Positions 9,018 to 18,655 of a stretch of 41,749 nt of DNA are shown here, piece after piece (within the stretch, counting starts at the first letter, position 1; every line of letters starts with the position of its first letter). The notes beneath the pieces are model-generated. The model worked only from the letters and a program-made list of their open reading frames with translations. It was not told the origin of the DNA and made no database searches. A program made the translations under genes and the position numbers. This DNA is from Actinomycetes bacterium (lineage in GTDB: Bacteria; Actinomycetota; CALGFH01): assembly GCA_044870185.1 (NCBI GenBank), contig JBIOYL010000033.1:1-41749 (forward strand), read 5' to 3'.

Positions 9018-10037
9018 TCAGGAGGCGATCGGCTCGGGCTGGTCGCGGTCCAGCAGGGTGGCGAAGTTCGACCACTCGAAGGCGCGGATCATGCGGCCGA
9101 CCATGCGGACGATGCCGACCGGATCGCGGCCGATCGCGGTCTCGGCGGCGAGCACCAGCCCGTGGACCCCGTCGAGCAGGGTGTTGGCCACGTCGTTGGC
9201 CTCGGCGATGGTCGGGTTCCGGCTGGTCACCATCGACTCGAGCAGGTTGGTCGCCACATAGACCGGGCGGCTCCAGCGGTTCGCCCGGCGTGCGATCGCC
9301 TTCTGGTAGAACGGCACGTACTCGAGTGGGACCTCCCTGGAGAGGTCGCCGCGGTCGATCAGCACCGCGTCGGAGCGGTCGATGATCCCGTCCATGTTGC
9401 GAACGCCCGCGCTGCTCTCGATCTTGGCGATCAGGTGCACGCCGGGGGCGAGCGAGCGGACCAGGTCGACGTCAGCGGCCGAGCTGGCGAACGACAGGGC
9501 GACGTGCCGGACGCCGGCGGCCGTGCACAGGGCGATCGCGGCGCGGTCCTTGTCGGTGAGGGCGGGCAGCGACGGCGCGGGATCGACGACCACGCCCTTG
9601 TGGGCCCGCACCTTGCCGCCGCCCACGACCACGGCCTCAGCATGCTCCTCGCCAGCCTCGCGCACGCGCACCTGCGCGCCGTCGAAGTCGATCGTGACCA
9701 GGCTCCCCACCCGCAGCCCTGCGAACACCGACCGGGGCCACAACGTCAGCTCGTCGGCGGTCCCCTGGACCGGCGCGGCGGTCAGGCGGACCGGGTCGCC
9801 CTCGCGCAGGACCACGCCGGGCGCCATCGCGCCGCAGCGCACCTGGGCGCCTTCGAGGTCCAGGCAGAGCGGCTTGGCGGAGGCGGACTGCACCAGCTCG
9901 ATGCATTGTTCGAGCGCCTCGAGCCGGCTGTGGGACAGGTTGATGCGGAACAGGTCGACGCCCGCCTCGTCGAGCTGCTCGATGACCTCGGCGGACAGCG
10001 ACGCCGGGCCCAGCGTGCACAAGATCTGGATCTTCAT
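9018..10037 (-). CDS. Short pyruvate kinase-family protein (339 aa, lacks the C-terminal regulatory domain)
   Basis: ILCTLGPAS, RINLSH, AKIE, RGDL, ATNLLESM, AETAIG; ends right after the barrel. Confidence 0.85.
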   Translation of the reverse strand: MKIQILCTLGPASLSAEVIEQLDEAGVDLFRINLSHSRLEALEQCIELVQSASAKPLCLDLEGAQVRCGAMAPGVVLREGDPVRLTAAPVQGTADELTLWPRSVFAGLRVGSLVTIDFDGAQVRVREAGEEHAEAVVVGGGKVRAHKGVVVDPAPSLPALTDKDRAAIALCTAAGVRHVALSFASSAADVDLVRSLAPGVHLIAKIESSAGVRNMDGIIDRSDAVLIDRGDLSREVPLEYVPFYQKAIARRANRWSRPVYVATNLLESMVTSRNPTIAEANDVANTLLDGVHGLVLAAETAIGRDPVGIVRMVGRMIRAFEWSNFATLLDRDQPEPIAS

Positions 10038-10297
10038 GGTCCTCCGAGGCGCCATCCGGTCACTCGGGCATCCACGCTGGTCGTCCTCACGCCACCTCTG
10101 GGACACATGATGAGAACGACCTGCCGGGGAGCCGATCCGCATTCGCCGTGCCGCGGACTCCGTTGGATGTGGTACCTCCACCGGTCCGGCGGCCAGGATC
10201 CGCGCCGGTGGTGGTCACTTGGCTCAGGTCGGCATGGATCGTACGGTCCATCACTACGCCGATGATCCGCCGGCCGGGTGGGAGCCCACCGGAGGTG

Positions 10298-11185
10298 TCA
10301 GCCGAGGCCCCAGCCGTCGAACTCTGGCCCGAGGAAGCCGCGAAGGCGACGCACGTCCTCTGCGAGGAGGTCCGCGAGCTTGCCTCGCACCTCGCCGGGA
10401 ACCGTGAAGGAGCGGGCAGGTCCATCCTCTGGGCGGCGCCGGAGCCGGTTGAGCGTCCGCAGGATGTTGCTTTCCAGCTCCTTTGCTCGCTTGGTGGCGG
10501 GGAAGTACGTCTTCAGCCATTTACGGGCGGGCAGGGGGACCAGCGAGCGGGTCGGCTTGTCCTTCGTCAGGTAGAACTCTTGATCGACGTTGGGAGGGAC
10601 GAGATCGGCATTCACACCGATGAACTCGTACACCCTTTGGAGCGTGGCGCGGCGGGCGCCCCGGAGTTCCTCCGAGGTGATCACCAGCAGCTGGTCCTGC
10701 GGGAAGTACTCCAGGTACTGCTCGAGCTGAAGGGCATACCGACTGCAGTCCAGGTAGATGGGGTTCTCCAGGACGGCTCGCTCGAACGGCACCTGCTCCG
10801 ACCCCTCGATCACCCGGGTCTGGTAGTGGGATCGGATCCGCTCGATGGGGTCCCGGACCACATAGATGAGGCGAGCGTCCGCGATGTAGGCGGCGATGCG
10901 CTGTGGGACGCCCCGGTACTGCGGGTATTTGGTGTAGGCGTTCGAAGCCTCCCCGATCGCGATCGCGTCCGGTCCGGCGGAGGCGAACTGCTTGCGGTAC
11001 CAGTCGATTCCCCGCCTCCAGTGTGACTCCTCCACGAAGAATTCCGGGGCCTTGTACGGCGGCATGAAGACCTGCGGATGTGCACGAAGGTAGTGATACA
11101 TGCTGGTCGTGCCGGCCTTCATGGCGCCAATGACCAGGAAGTTCGGAAGCGGGCCGACGGGCGTGCGGGAGATCGGCATGGTCAT
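10298..11185 (-). CDS. PAPS-dependent sulfotransferase
   Basis: PNFLVIGAMKAGTTS, GEAS, VRDPIERIRSHY; visibly more A/T-ending codons than its neighbours. Confidence 0.9.
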   Translation of the reverse strand: MTMPISRTPVGPLPNFLVIGAMKAGTTSMYHYLRAHPQVFMPPYKAPEFFVEESHWRRGIDWYRKQFASAGPDAIAIGEASNAYTKYPQYRGVPQRIAAYIADARLIYVVRDPIERIRSHYQTRVIEGSEQVPFERAVLENPIYLDCSRYALQLEQYLEYFPQDQLLVITSEELRGARRATLQRVYEFIGVNADLVPPNVDQEFYLTKDKPTRSLVPLPARKWLKTYFPATKRAKELESNILRTLNRLRRRPEDGPARSFTVPGEVRGKLADLLAEDVRRLRGFLGPEFDGWGLG

Positions 11186-11228
11186 TGGCACCTGGGCCCG
11201 ATCGAGCTGCGGGTTTGCATCGGAGCGC

Positions 11229-12320
11229 TCAGCCGGCGGGATAGCCGTGACGGGCCAGCCAGGCGCTACGGGCGGCATTCCAGACCGACCTGTCCTTGGT
11301 CACGGTGACGCCGGCGGGGACCGGGGCGGGGTAGTCCCCGGGTCCGGTCCACACGAGGGTGACGTGCTGGGCGACGGTCCCGTCCGGGAACCGCATCGGC
11401 TTGCTGCCGTTCGTCGACGTCCGCTCCACCAGGAAGATCGAGTTGCGCAGGACCAGGCGGTTGGCCCAGCGTGACCACTTGAACAGCTGCCCGTTGCCGA
11501 GCCGGTCGGGCGCGTCGTCATACGGCATGGGCTGCAGCCGCATGAGCACCCCGTCCATCGTGAAGGTCTCGCCGGCTGGGGGCGGCGAGGGGCTGAAGCC
11601 CTTGCTGGGCCGCTCCGACAGGCCCATGAAGCAGCCGTCGAAGAGGCTGTCGGCCACGTAGCCGCCCGAGATGGCGTCGTTCTCGATGCAGTCGTCGCGG
11701 ATGTAGGTGAAGTACAGGTTGCGGGCCACGAAGCCGTCGCCGAACGGCGAGACACCGTCCTCGACGTTGTCGACCCGCAGGCCGTCGACCAGGTACCAGC
11801 CGCTGGCGCTGGCGCGCAGGCCATCGCCGTCGTAGCCGGGATCGTGCTTCACCTGCCGCCAGGTCAGGCTGCGTGGCTGCTGGCCGACGACGGTGCCGCC
11901 GATGATGCACAGGTGCTCGGCGGGCATGTCCTGCCCGGCCGCCTGGCCATGCTTGACCTTCCCGAAGACCAGCGGGTACAGGCTCTGGTAGGGGTAGGCG
12001 GTGGAGGTGAGCCCGCGCAGGTCATAGGTGACGTCGCTGGGCGGGCTGTCCACCTGGTAGGCGGCATCGTCGGCGCCCGTGCGCCGCACGGTGCCGGGAC
12101 GGCGCAGGCAGGCATCGGCCGGCGGGACGCCCGCCGGTGCGCCGACGGCCCGCACGCCCCGCGTGGCCTGCGTGGCCGTGACGGTCGACGGGGCGGCCAC
12201 GGCCGCCGGCGCGGGCGCCCGCCGGCCCGGCCGGGTGGCGACCACGATCGAGGCGGCGAGGATCCCGGCGACGGCGAGGGCGACCAGCAGGCGCCGGGTG
12301 ACGCCGAACGGCCTGCTCAT
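11229..12320 (-). CDS. Exported protein, probable right-handed beta-helix (polysaccharide lyase/pectin lyase-like fold)
   Basis: N-terminal signal/TM segment (RRLLVALAVAGILAASIVVA); beta-helix-like repeats such as DGLRVDNVEDGV and YIRDDCIEND; lies in the polysaccharide operon. Confidence 0.55.
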   Translation of the reverse strand: MSRPFGVTRRLLVALAVAGILAASIVVATRPGRRAPAPAAVAAPSTVTATQATRGVRAVGAPAGVPPADACLRRPGTVRRTGADDAAYQVDSPPSDVTYDLRGLTSTAYPYQSLYPLVFGKVKHGQAAGQDMPAEHLCIIGGTVVGQQPRSLTWRQVKHDPGYDGDGLRASASGWYLVDGLRVDNVEDGVSPFGDGFVARNLYFTYIRDDCIENDAISGGYVADSLFDGCFMGLSERPSKGFSPSPPPAGETFTMDGVLMRLQPMPYDDAPDRLGNGQLFKWSRWANRLVLRNSIFLVERTSTNGSKPMRFPDGTVAQHVTLVWTGPGDYPAPVPAGVTVTKDRSVWNAARSAWLARHGYPAG

Positions 12321-12412
12321 GTCGGGGCCTTTCGTCGGAGCTTCGCGCTGGCGGTGCTGTCGTCCGGGTTGCTGTTGTCGTACCGGTTGCGGGCCACGAC
12401 GTGCAAGGTCAC
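12317..12412 (-). CDS. 31-aa ORF translationally coupled at both ends (possible gene remnant)
   Basis: AGGAGG RBS; GTG overlaps the flippase stop (GTGA); its stop overlaps the next ATG (ATGA). Sequence MTLHVVARNRYDNSNPDDSTASAKLRRKAPT. Confidence 0.4.
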   Translation of the reverse strand: MTLHVVARNRYDNSNPDDSTASAKLRRKAPT

Positions 12413-13968
12413 CGTACCTCCTGCCGGCTCGGGCGGCGCCGCCCCGTGCCGCCGGCGCCCGCCGGGCGTCGGCGCAGCCGCGCCAACAGCGCCCTGCCCA
12501 CCTCCCGGTCGACCGGGTCGATGCCCAGCGCCACGAGCAGGACCAGGTAGGTCAGGCCGAGCACGACCGTCACCAGGCCGAGCCGCGGGAGCGGGTCCAT
12601 CCCCTGCAGGGGCAGCAGCCGGGCCACCAGCCCCGCGAGCAGCCCGGCCACGACGGGCCGCAGGAAGCGGCGGTCGTAGGGCAGGATCCCCAGGGCCGCG
12701 TGCACCTGCACGACGCGCAGCAGGTTGACCGCGACCATGGCGGTGGCGTTGGCGACGGCCGCGCCGATCAGGCCCCAGCGCGGGATGAGCGCCAGGTCCA
12801 GCACGACCGACAGGGCGAGAAACAGCAGCGAGTTGCACACGCTCAGCCGCGCCCGCCCGATCATGGCCAGCAGCCCGGCCACCGTGCCCGTGCCGACGTT
12901 GACGAGCTGGCCGACGGCGAGCACGGCCAGGGCCGGCGCACCATCCCGGAACCCATGCCCGAACAGCCGCAGGATCTCCGGGGCGAACAGCAGCTCGAGC
13001 AGGCAGAGGGGGAACCCGACGGTGAACAGCCAGCGGGTGGTGGCCTTGAACAGGCGGTCGAGTTCCTGGCCGTCCTGGCGGTGGTGCAGATCGGCCACGA
13101 TCGGGTTGAACAGCACCGTGACCGAGGCGAGCAGGGACCCGACCAGCTGGGACAGCCGCCGGGCGACCCCGAACACGCCGACCAGGCCGGCCGGCTGCAG
13201 GAAACCGAGCACCAGCACCTCGGTCTGGTTGTTGGTGTACAGGATCAGCCGGTTCAGCGACATCGGCACCGAGTAGCGGAACAGCCCGGCGGTCGAGGCC
13301 CGCCCGGCCGGCGGCAGCAGGCGCCGGAGCATGCCCAGCGTGACCACGAGGACGACGACCTCGGTGGCGGTGTAGGCGATGGCGACATGGCGGGGGTCGG
13401 CGGCGACGTGCAGGGCCACAAGCGCGGCGGCGAGCCGGATGGCCGGGGCGACCAGCGAGTCGGAGGCCACCGATGGAGCCGCCCGGCCCAACGCGCGCAA
13501 GGATGCCCGAGCCACCTCCGTGGTCGCCGTGAAGGGGACGGCGAGGGCGAGCGGGACGAGCACACGGGCCAGGGCCGGCTTGTCGAAGGCGTCGGCGATC
13601 AGGCCCGCCCCGGCGACGAGCAGCCCACCGGCCACCGCACCGGCGAGGAACGCTCCGAGCAGCCCGCGTCGAACCACCGATCTGAGCCGGTCCAGTGCAC
13701 CCAGGCCGCGGGCGATGGCGCCGAAGCGTAGCACGCCGTAGTCCAGACCGAGGTCGCAGCCCTCGGCCAGGAAGGTGGAGACGGCCAGAGCGAGGATGAA
13801 GACGCCGAAGCCGGCGGTGCCGAGACGGCGGGCCACGGCGACCTGGTAGGCGGTGGACAGCACGAACGACACGCCACCGCCGGCCAGCGCCACGGCGGCG
13901 CCGCCTGCGACCCGCTGCGGACCGTCGCGGCTCGGCGGTGGCTGCGCCTGGCCCAGCGTGCCGGTCAC
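12409..13968 (-). CDS. wzx: Wzx-type polysaccharide flippase
   Basis: Many TM helices; VARRLGTAGFG, DLGL...LRF and LIPRWGLIGAAVA patterns of MOP/PST exporters. Confidence 0.88.
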   Translation of the reverse strand: MTGTLGQAQPPPSRDGPQRVAGGAAVALAGGGVSFVLSTAYQVAVARRLGTAGFGVFILALAVSTFLAEGCDLGLDYGVLRFGAIARGLGALDRLRSVVRRGLLGAFLAGAVAGGLLVAGAGLIADAFDKPALARVLVPLALAVPFTATTEVARASLRALGRAAPSVASDSLVAPAIRLAAALVALHVAADPRHVAIAYTATEVVVLVVTLGMLRRLLPPAGRASTAGLFRYSVPMSLNRLILYTNNQTEVLVLGFLQPAGLVGVFGVARRLSQLVGSLLASVTVLFNPIVADLHHRQDGQELDRLFKATTRWLFTVGFPLCLLELLFAPEILRLFGHGFRDGAPALAVLAVGQLVNVGTGTVAGLLAMIGRARLSVCNSLLFLALSVVLDLALIPRWGLIGAAVANATAMVAVNLLRVVQVHAALGILPYDRRFLRPVVAGLLAGLVARLLPLQGMDPLPRLGLVTVVLGLTYLVLLVALGIDPVDREVGRALLARLRRRPAGAGGTGRRRPSRQEVR

Positions 13969-13978
13969 CTGGGTGGCC

Positions 13979-14896
13979 TCACTGGCCCCGCCGCAGCAGC
14001 ATCACGAGCACCGTCCGCCCGATGGTCTCCAGGTCGAGCAGCAGCGACCGGTGCTTGAGGTAGTACAGGTCGTACTCGTGGATGATCCACTTGTCACGCA
14101 CGCTGTCGCTGTAGCCGAAGCGCACCACCGCCCAGCCGGTCACCCCTGGCCGGACCAGGTGGCGCCGGTCGAAGAAGGGGATGGTGCGGCCGAGCAACCG
14201 CACGAACACCGGCCGCTCCGGCCGCGGCCCGACCAGGCTCATCTCCCGCCGCAGCACGTTGAAGAACTGGGGCAGCTCGTCGAGATGGGTGCTGCGCAGG
14301 AACCGGCCGAGCCGGGTGACCCGATGGTCGTCGGTCGAGGCCCACGCCGGCCCGTCCTGCTCGGCGTCCACGCGCATGGTGCGGAACTTCCACATCCGAA
14401 ACGGCCGGCCCCGCAGCCCCACCCGCTCCTGCCGGTAGAACACCGGGCCGCCGTCCCCCAGCCGGTGGGCCAGCCAGAGCAGCGGTGCCAGCAGCCCGGC
14501 GGCGAGGCTGCCGAGCACCCCGGCGCCCAGGTCCATGAGCAGCTTGACGGCCGCATAGCCGCGGCGGCGGCGCAGCGGCCGGTCGAACAGGAACCAGGAC
14601 TCGTCGAGCTGGTCGAGCATCGCCCGTCGCAGGACCCGCTCGTAGCACTCCTGCGGGCGCAGCAGCCGGACGCCGGCGAGACTGAGCCCAGCCAGCGCGT
14701 CGGCCGTCCGCGGGTCCTGCAGGGTCCGGTCGCTCACCACCAGGGGGGTGTGCCGGGGCAGCTCGTGCCGGCCGTCGAGCACCAGCTCGGGGGAGACGAT
14801 CCGCAGCGGGGCACGCGGGATCGCGCCCGTCAGCGCCTCCGGTGTCTGCACGTCCGCGGTGAGCAGCCACAGCCCGTGCCGTTCAGCGGACGCCAT
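13979..14896 (-). CDS. Priming undecaprenyl-phosphate sugar phosphotransferase (WcaJ/WbaP family)
   Basis: GPVFYRQERVG, KFRTM, LDELPQFFNV, MSLVGPRPERP, RPGVTGWA, DLYY. Confidence 0.93.
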   Translation of the reverse strand: MASAERHGLWLLTADVQTPEALTGAIPRAPLRIVSPELVLDGRHELPRHTPLVVSDRTLQDPRTADALAGLSLAGVRLLRPQECYERVLRRAMLDQLDESWFLFDRPLRRRRGYAAVKLLMDLGAGVLGSLAAGLLAPLLWLAHRLGDGGPVFYRQERVGLRGRPFRMWKFRTMRVDAEQDGPAWASTDDHRVTRLGRFLRSTHLDELPQFFNVLRREMSLVGPRPERPVFVRLLGRTIPFFDRRHLVRPGVTGWAVVRFGYSDSVRDKWIIHEYDLYYLKHRSLLLDLETIGRTVLVMLLRRGQ

Positions 14897-16175
14897 CGAG
14901 GACCTCCGGGGGCTCGGGGGCCGGCAGCTGGCGTGCGGCCAGGTCGCCGGCGAACCACAGCAAGGCGAACAGGATGATGACGTGGCGGAAGTGGAGGGTC
15001 TCGTGGAACAGGCTGTCGGCCGCGTTGGCGATGACCGCCGCCCCGAGCGCCTGCGCGCGGACGCCGTCTCGGCCCGCCTCGGCCACCACGCGGAGCGCGC
15101 GGCGCACGAGCGCCGCGTACAGGCCGAGCAGTCCGACCAACCCGAGCACCCCGCGCTCGATGAGGAAGGCCAGCACGTCGTTGTGCAGGCTGTGGACCTT
15201 GGCGTCGTCGCCCAGGCGGCCGTTGCCGATCTGGAGCTGGCCACGGGCCTCACCCGGGCCGACGCCGACGAGGCACGCCGAACCGGCCCTGGCGATGGCG
15301 GCCGACCACAGCCCGATGCGACCGTCGAGGCTCTTGCTGGCCCGCCCGATGGTGGTGCTGAGCGCGCCGCTGTCCCGCGCCTTGGCCGACACCGCGGCCA
15401 CGTCGCCCAGGGTGAGGCGAGGTGGCCCGACCGTCACCAGGACGGCGGCGAGCACGAGCGCGGCCGCCAGCAGGGCGCCGCCCGCCAGGCCCTGCACCTG
15501 GCCGGTGGTGCGGCCGACGCGCAGGTAGGCGCCGACGGCGAGCACGGCCAGCCCGGCGGCCAGCCCGAGCAGGCCGCCCAGCGACGCGGTCGCCCACAGG
15601 CCGGCCAGCAGCCAGCCGCCGGCGAGCAGGCGGGCCAGGCGCCCACGCGGCCAGGGGGAGGCGAGCAGCACGAAGAACGAGGTCAGCATGTAGCTGCCGG
15701 CCAGGTTGGGATTGCTGCCGGTCGGGCCGGCGGCGCGCGTGGCCCCCGGCTTGAGCTGAAACAGCGCGTCGAGCGCCTCGGGCGTGAGGTGGAAGTGGGC
15801 GCCGACGAGCACGGTCGCCCACACCAGGGCGGCGGCCGCCCAGACCACCAGCACCACCCGGAAGGCACGCTCGTCGGCGTGCAGGTAGGTCACGGTCGCG
15901 ACCAGCACCAGCAGCAGGTAGACGTCGATGAGCAGCGTCAGCAGGCCGGTGCGCAGGTCGTTGCTGGCGACCAGGGCGACCAGGCTGCCGGCCAGGATCA
16001 CCGTGGTGGCAAGCGGCGCGGGCACGTGCACGCGCCAGCGCCGCTGCACGACCGCGACCACGGTGACCAGCAGGAAGCCGGCGGCGAACAGGTCGACCGG
16101 GGCGGTGTTGGCGGGGCCGTGCGGGACCAGGACGGGCAGCAGCGCCACGGTCGCGCACAGCAGCACCAGGTTCAT
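14883..16175 (-). CDS. O-antigen ligase/Wzy polymerase family protein
   Basis: Multi-TM protein with NPNLAG, RIGLW, GVGPG and HNDVL...ERGVLG motifs. Confidence 0.85.
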   Translation of the reverse strand: MNLVLLCATVALLPVLVPHGPANTAPVDLFAAGFLLVTVVAVVQRRWRVHVPAPLATTVILAGSLVALVASNDLRTGLLTLLIDVYLLLVLVATVTYLHADERAFRVVLVVWAAAALVWATVLVGAHFHLTPEALDALFQLKPGATRAAGPTGSNPNLAGSYMLTSFFVLLASPWPRGRLARLLAGGWLLAGLWATASLGGLLGLAAGLAVLAVGAYLRVGRTTGQVQGLAGGALLAAALVLAAVLVTVGPPRLTLGDVAAVSAKARDSGALSTTIGRASKSLDGRIGLWSAAIARAGSACLVGVGPGEARGQLQIGNGRLGDDAKVHSLHNDVLAFLIERGVLGLVGLLGLYAALVRRALRVVAEAGRDGVRAQALGAAVIANAADSLFHETLHFRHVIILFALLWFAGDLAARQLPAPEPPEVLDGVR

Positions 16176-17371
16176 CGCGACCGCCTCGGCGCGCCGGCGC
16201 GTTCGGCCAGCGCCTCCTGGTAGACCGCGTCCAGCCCGGCCAGCATGTCGCGCACGTCGAAGCGGCCGGCGACCCGGGCGGCGCCGGCCCGGCCCATGGC
16301 CGCGCCCCGGTCCGGGCGGGCGAGCACATCCAGGATCCGGTCGGCGAGCAGGTCGGGCCGGCCCGCTGGGGTCAGATACCCGGTGACGCCGTCGACGACC
16401 AGGTCGGGCACGCCGTTGACGGCGGTGGCGACGACCGGCCGGCCGGCCAGGACCGCCTCGGTCAGGGCCCGGCCGAGCCCCTCCCACAGCGAGCTGAAGG
16501 CGACCACGTCCATGGCGGCCAGCAGGTCGGGGACGTCGTCGCGCAAGCCGAGCAGACGGATGCGCGGCTCGCCGCCGACGGCCGTCTGCACCTGGGGACG
16601 CAACGGCCCGTCGCCGACGACGAGCATGTGGGCGTCCGCGCGGGCCGCCAGCACCCGGCGGGCGGCGGCGACCAGGTCGAGGGGGGCCTTTTGCGCCATG
16701 AACCGCGTCACCGAGCCGACCACCGGCGCCTCGGCGGGGATGCCGAGCGCGGCGCGGGCGCGCCGGCCATCCCCGGCCGCCAGCGCGGCGACCGGCACGC
16801 CACTGACGACCACGCGGAGCTGGCCGGGCCGGGCGATCCGCAGGGCCAGCGCCTCGTCGGCGTTGGCCTGGCAGAGCGCGACGATGCGGTCGGCGCAGCG
16901 GCCGGCGAGCCGCTCGGCGGCCAGCAGCGGCCCGCGCTGCCACCACGGCATCCGGTCGTGCACCGGGAAGGCGTGGATGGTGTGCACGACCACGGGGACA
17001 CGGCGGGCGCGGGCGGCCAGCCGGCCGAGCACCCCCGCCTTGGCGGTGTGGGTGTGGACGACGTCGTAGCCGCCGACCAGCCGCCCGAGCGTGGCCGCGG
17101 CCCGCAGGTCGGCGGCGGTCCCGAGCGCCCGGCGCAGCGCGGGGACCACGACCAGCCGGTCGGCGGCCGCCCGCGCCCGGTCGGCGAGCTCGCCCGGGCC
17201 GGCGACCAGGTCGACCTGGTAGCGGGCGCGGTCCAGGCCGGCCACGGTCAGCAGCGTGTTGTCGGTGGCGCCCCCCGGGCCCAGGTGGGTGATGACGTGC
17301 AGCAGGCGCGTCCGCGCCCCGGCCGGACCGGCGCGCCCCGCCGGTCCGGCCGGCGTGGCCGGCGGCCTCAC
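16172..17371 (-). CDS. Glycosyltransferase family 4
   Basis: DVVHTHTAKAG, QKAP, SLWEGLGRALTEA, PVVATAVNG; GTG overlaps the upstream stop. Confidence 0.92.
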   Translation of the reverse strand: MRPPATPAGPAGRAGPAGARTRLLHVITHLGPGGATDNTLLTVAGLDRARYQVDLVAGPGELADRARAAADRLVVVPALRRALGTAADLRAAATLGRLVGGYDVVHTHTAKAGVLGRLAARARRVPVVVHTIHAFPVHDRMPWWQRGPLLAAERLAGRCADRIVALCQANADEALALRIARPGQLRVVVSGVPVAALAAGDGRRARAALGIPAEAPVVGSVTRFMAQKAPLDLVAAARRVLAARADAHMLVVGDGPLRPQVQTAVGGEPRIRLLGLRDDVPDLLAAMDVVAFSSLWEGLGRALTEAVLAGRPVVATAVNGVPDLVVDGVTGYLTPAGRPDLLADRILDVLARPDRGAAMGRAGAARVAGRFDVRDMLAGLDAVYQEALAERAGAPRRSR

Positions 17372-18360
17372 CGGACCGTCCTTCCGGCCGCGACGCCCTC
17401 CCGGTCGGCGATCCAGTCCGCCTGGGCGGCCAGCCCGGCGGCCAGGTCGACCTGCGGCCGGTAGCCGAGCAGCGCCTCGGCGCGGGTGCCGTCGGCGCCG
17501 GTGTGGCGGGCGTCGCCCGGCCGGGCCGGCAGCCGCCGGATGCGCAGCCGGCGCCCGGTGACCTGGCCGACCAGGTCGAGGACCTCGTTCAGGCTGACCC
17601 GCCGGCCCCCACCCACGTTGATCGCCTCCACCAGGATGGGGGCGGTCATGGCCGCCAGGGTGGCGCGGACGGCGTCGCCCACGTAGGTGAAGTCGCGGGT
17701 CTGCTCGCCGTCGCCGTACACGGTGATCGGCCGGTCCGCCAGCGCCGCCTCCAGGAAGCGGCGGAAGCCCATGTCGGGCCGCTGGCGTGGCCCGTACACG
17801 GTGAAGTAGCGCAAGGTGGCGACCGCCATGGGGGAGATGGCCGGCTGGGCGTAGGCCAGGCACAGATGCTCGGCGGCCAGCTTGGTCACCCCGTAGGGCG
17901 ACACGGGCCGGGTGAGCGACTGCTCGGCGGTCGGGTAGGTCGGCGCGTCGCCGTACACGCTGGACGACGACGCGGCGACCAGGCGGGGCACGCCGGCGCG
18001 CACGCAGGCCTCGAGCAGCCGCTGGGTGGCGAGCACGTTCCAGGCCACATAGGTGGAGAAGTCGGCCCCCCAGGAGGCGCGCACCCCGGGCTGGCCGGCC
18101 TCGTGGACCACCACCGCGGCGCCCGCCAGCCAGCCGTCCAGCTCCATGGTGGCCAGGTCGCCCTCGACCAGCGAGAACCCTGGCCGCCGGCGCAGGGCGG
18201 CTGCGTTGGCGCGCTTCTCGCGCGGCGCGTAGTAGGGGGTGAAGGCGTCGATGCCGACCACCCGGTGGCCCTGGTCGAGCAGCGCCTCGGTCAGGTGCGA
18301 GCCGATGAAGCCGGCCGCGCCGGTCACCACCACGTGGCCCGAGCCGACCCGGTCGCTCAT
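17368..18360 (-). CDS. NAD-dependent nucleotide-sugar epimerase (UDP-glucuronate/UDP-glucose 4-epimerase-like)
   Basis: TGAAGFIGSHL, SSSSVYG, YGVTK (YxxxK), YFTVYGPRQRPDM. Confidence 0.93.
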   Translation of the reverse strand: MSDRVGSGHVVVTGAAGFIGSHLTEALLDQGHRVVGIDAFTPYYAPREKRANAAALRRRPGFSLVEGDLATMELDGWLAGAAVVVHEAGQPGVRASWGADFSTYVAWNVLATQRLLEACVRAGVPRLVAASSSSVYGDAPTYPTAEQSLTRPVSPYGVTKLAAEHLCLAYAQPAISPMAVATLRYFTVYGPRQRPDMGFRRFLEAALADRPITVYGDGEQTRDFTYVGDAVRATLAAMTAPILVEAINVGGGRRVSLNEVLDLVGQVTGRRLRIRRLPARPGDARHTGADGTRAEALLGYRPQVDLAAGLAAQADWIADREGVAAGRTVR

Positions 18361-18629
18361 CGCCCTGCCGTGGCCGCGGCCGGCGCGAGCACACTGGTGC
18401 CCTGGAATCCGTCTGGCCCCACCCCGAGCAGCTCGGCGATGGTCGGCGCCAGGTCGCACAGCTCGTGCGGCCCGGACCGCAGCACCTGCCCACGCACGTA
18501 CAGGTGGGCGTCGTCGACGGTGTGCATGCCGCCCAGGCCGTCGGCGGGCTCGCCGAGCATGGCGGCGGCGGCCACCTTGCCCTTCAGCTCGTAGCCCGGC
18601 GTCCTGCTCGGCAGTCTCGGCAGTCGCAT
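18357..18629 (-). pseudogene. Internally deleted alkaline phosphatase/type I phosphodiesterase-family gene (C-terminal part only)
   Basis: Strong AGGAGGAG RBS, about 10 N-terminal residues, then PGYELKG...GMHTVDDA...DLAPTIAELLG...QGTSV, typical of the family C-terminus. Only 90 aa; no catalytic core. Confidence 0.6.
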
Positions 18630-18655
18630 CGTCTCCTCCTGCGCGTTGCTGGCCG

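Noticed and set aside
10230-10260. Another CGTA...TACG operator upstream of the pyruvate kinase gene
   Set aside because: The spacer is 11 nt rather than 8, so it was not counted.
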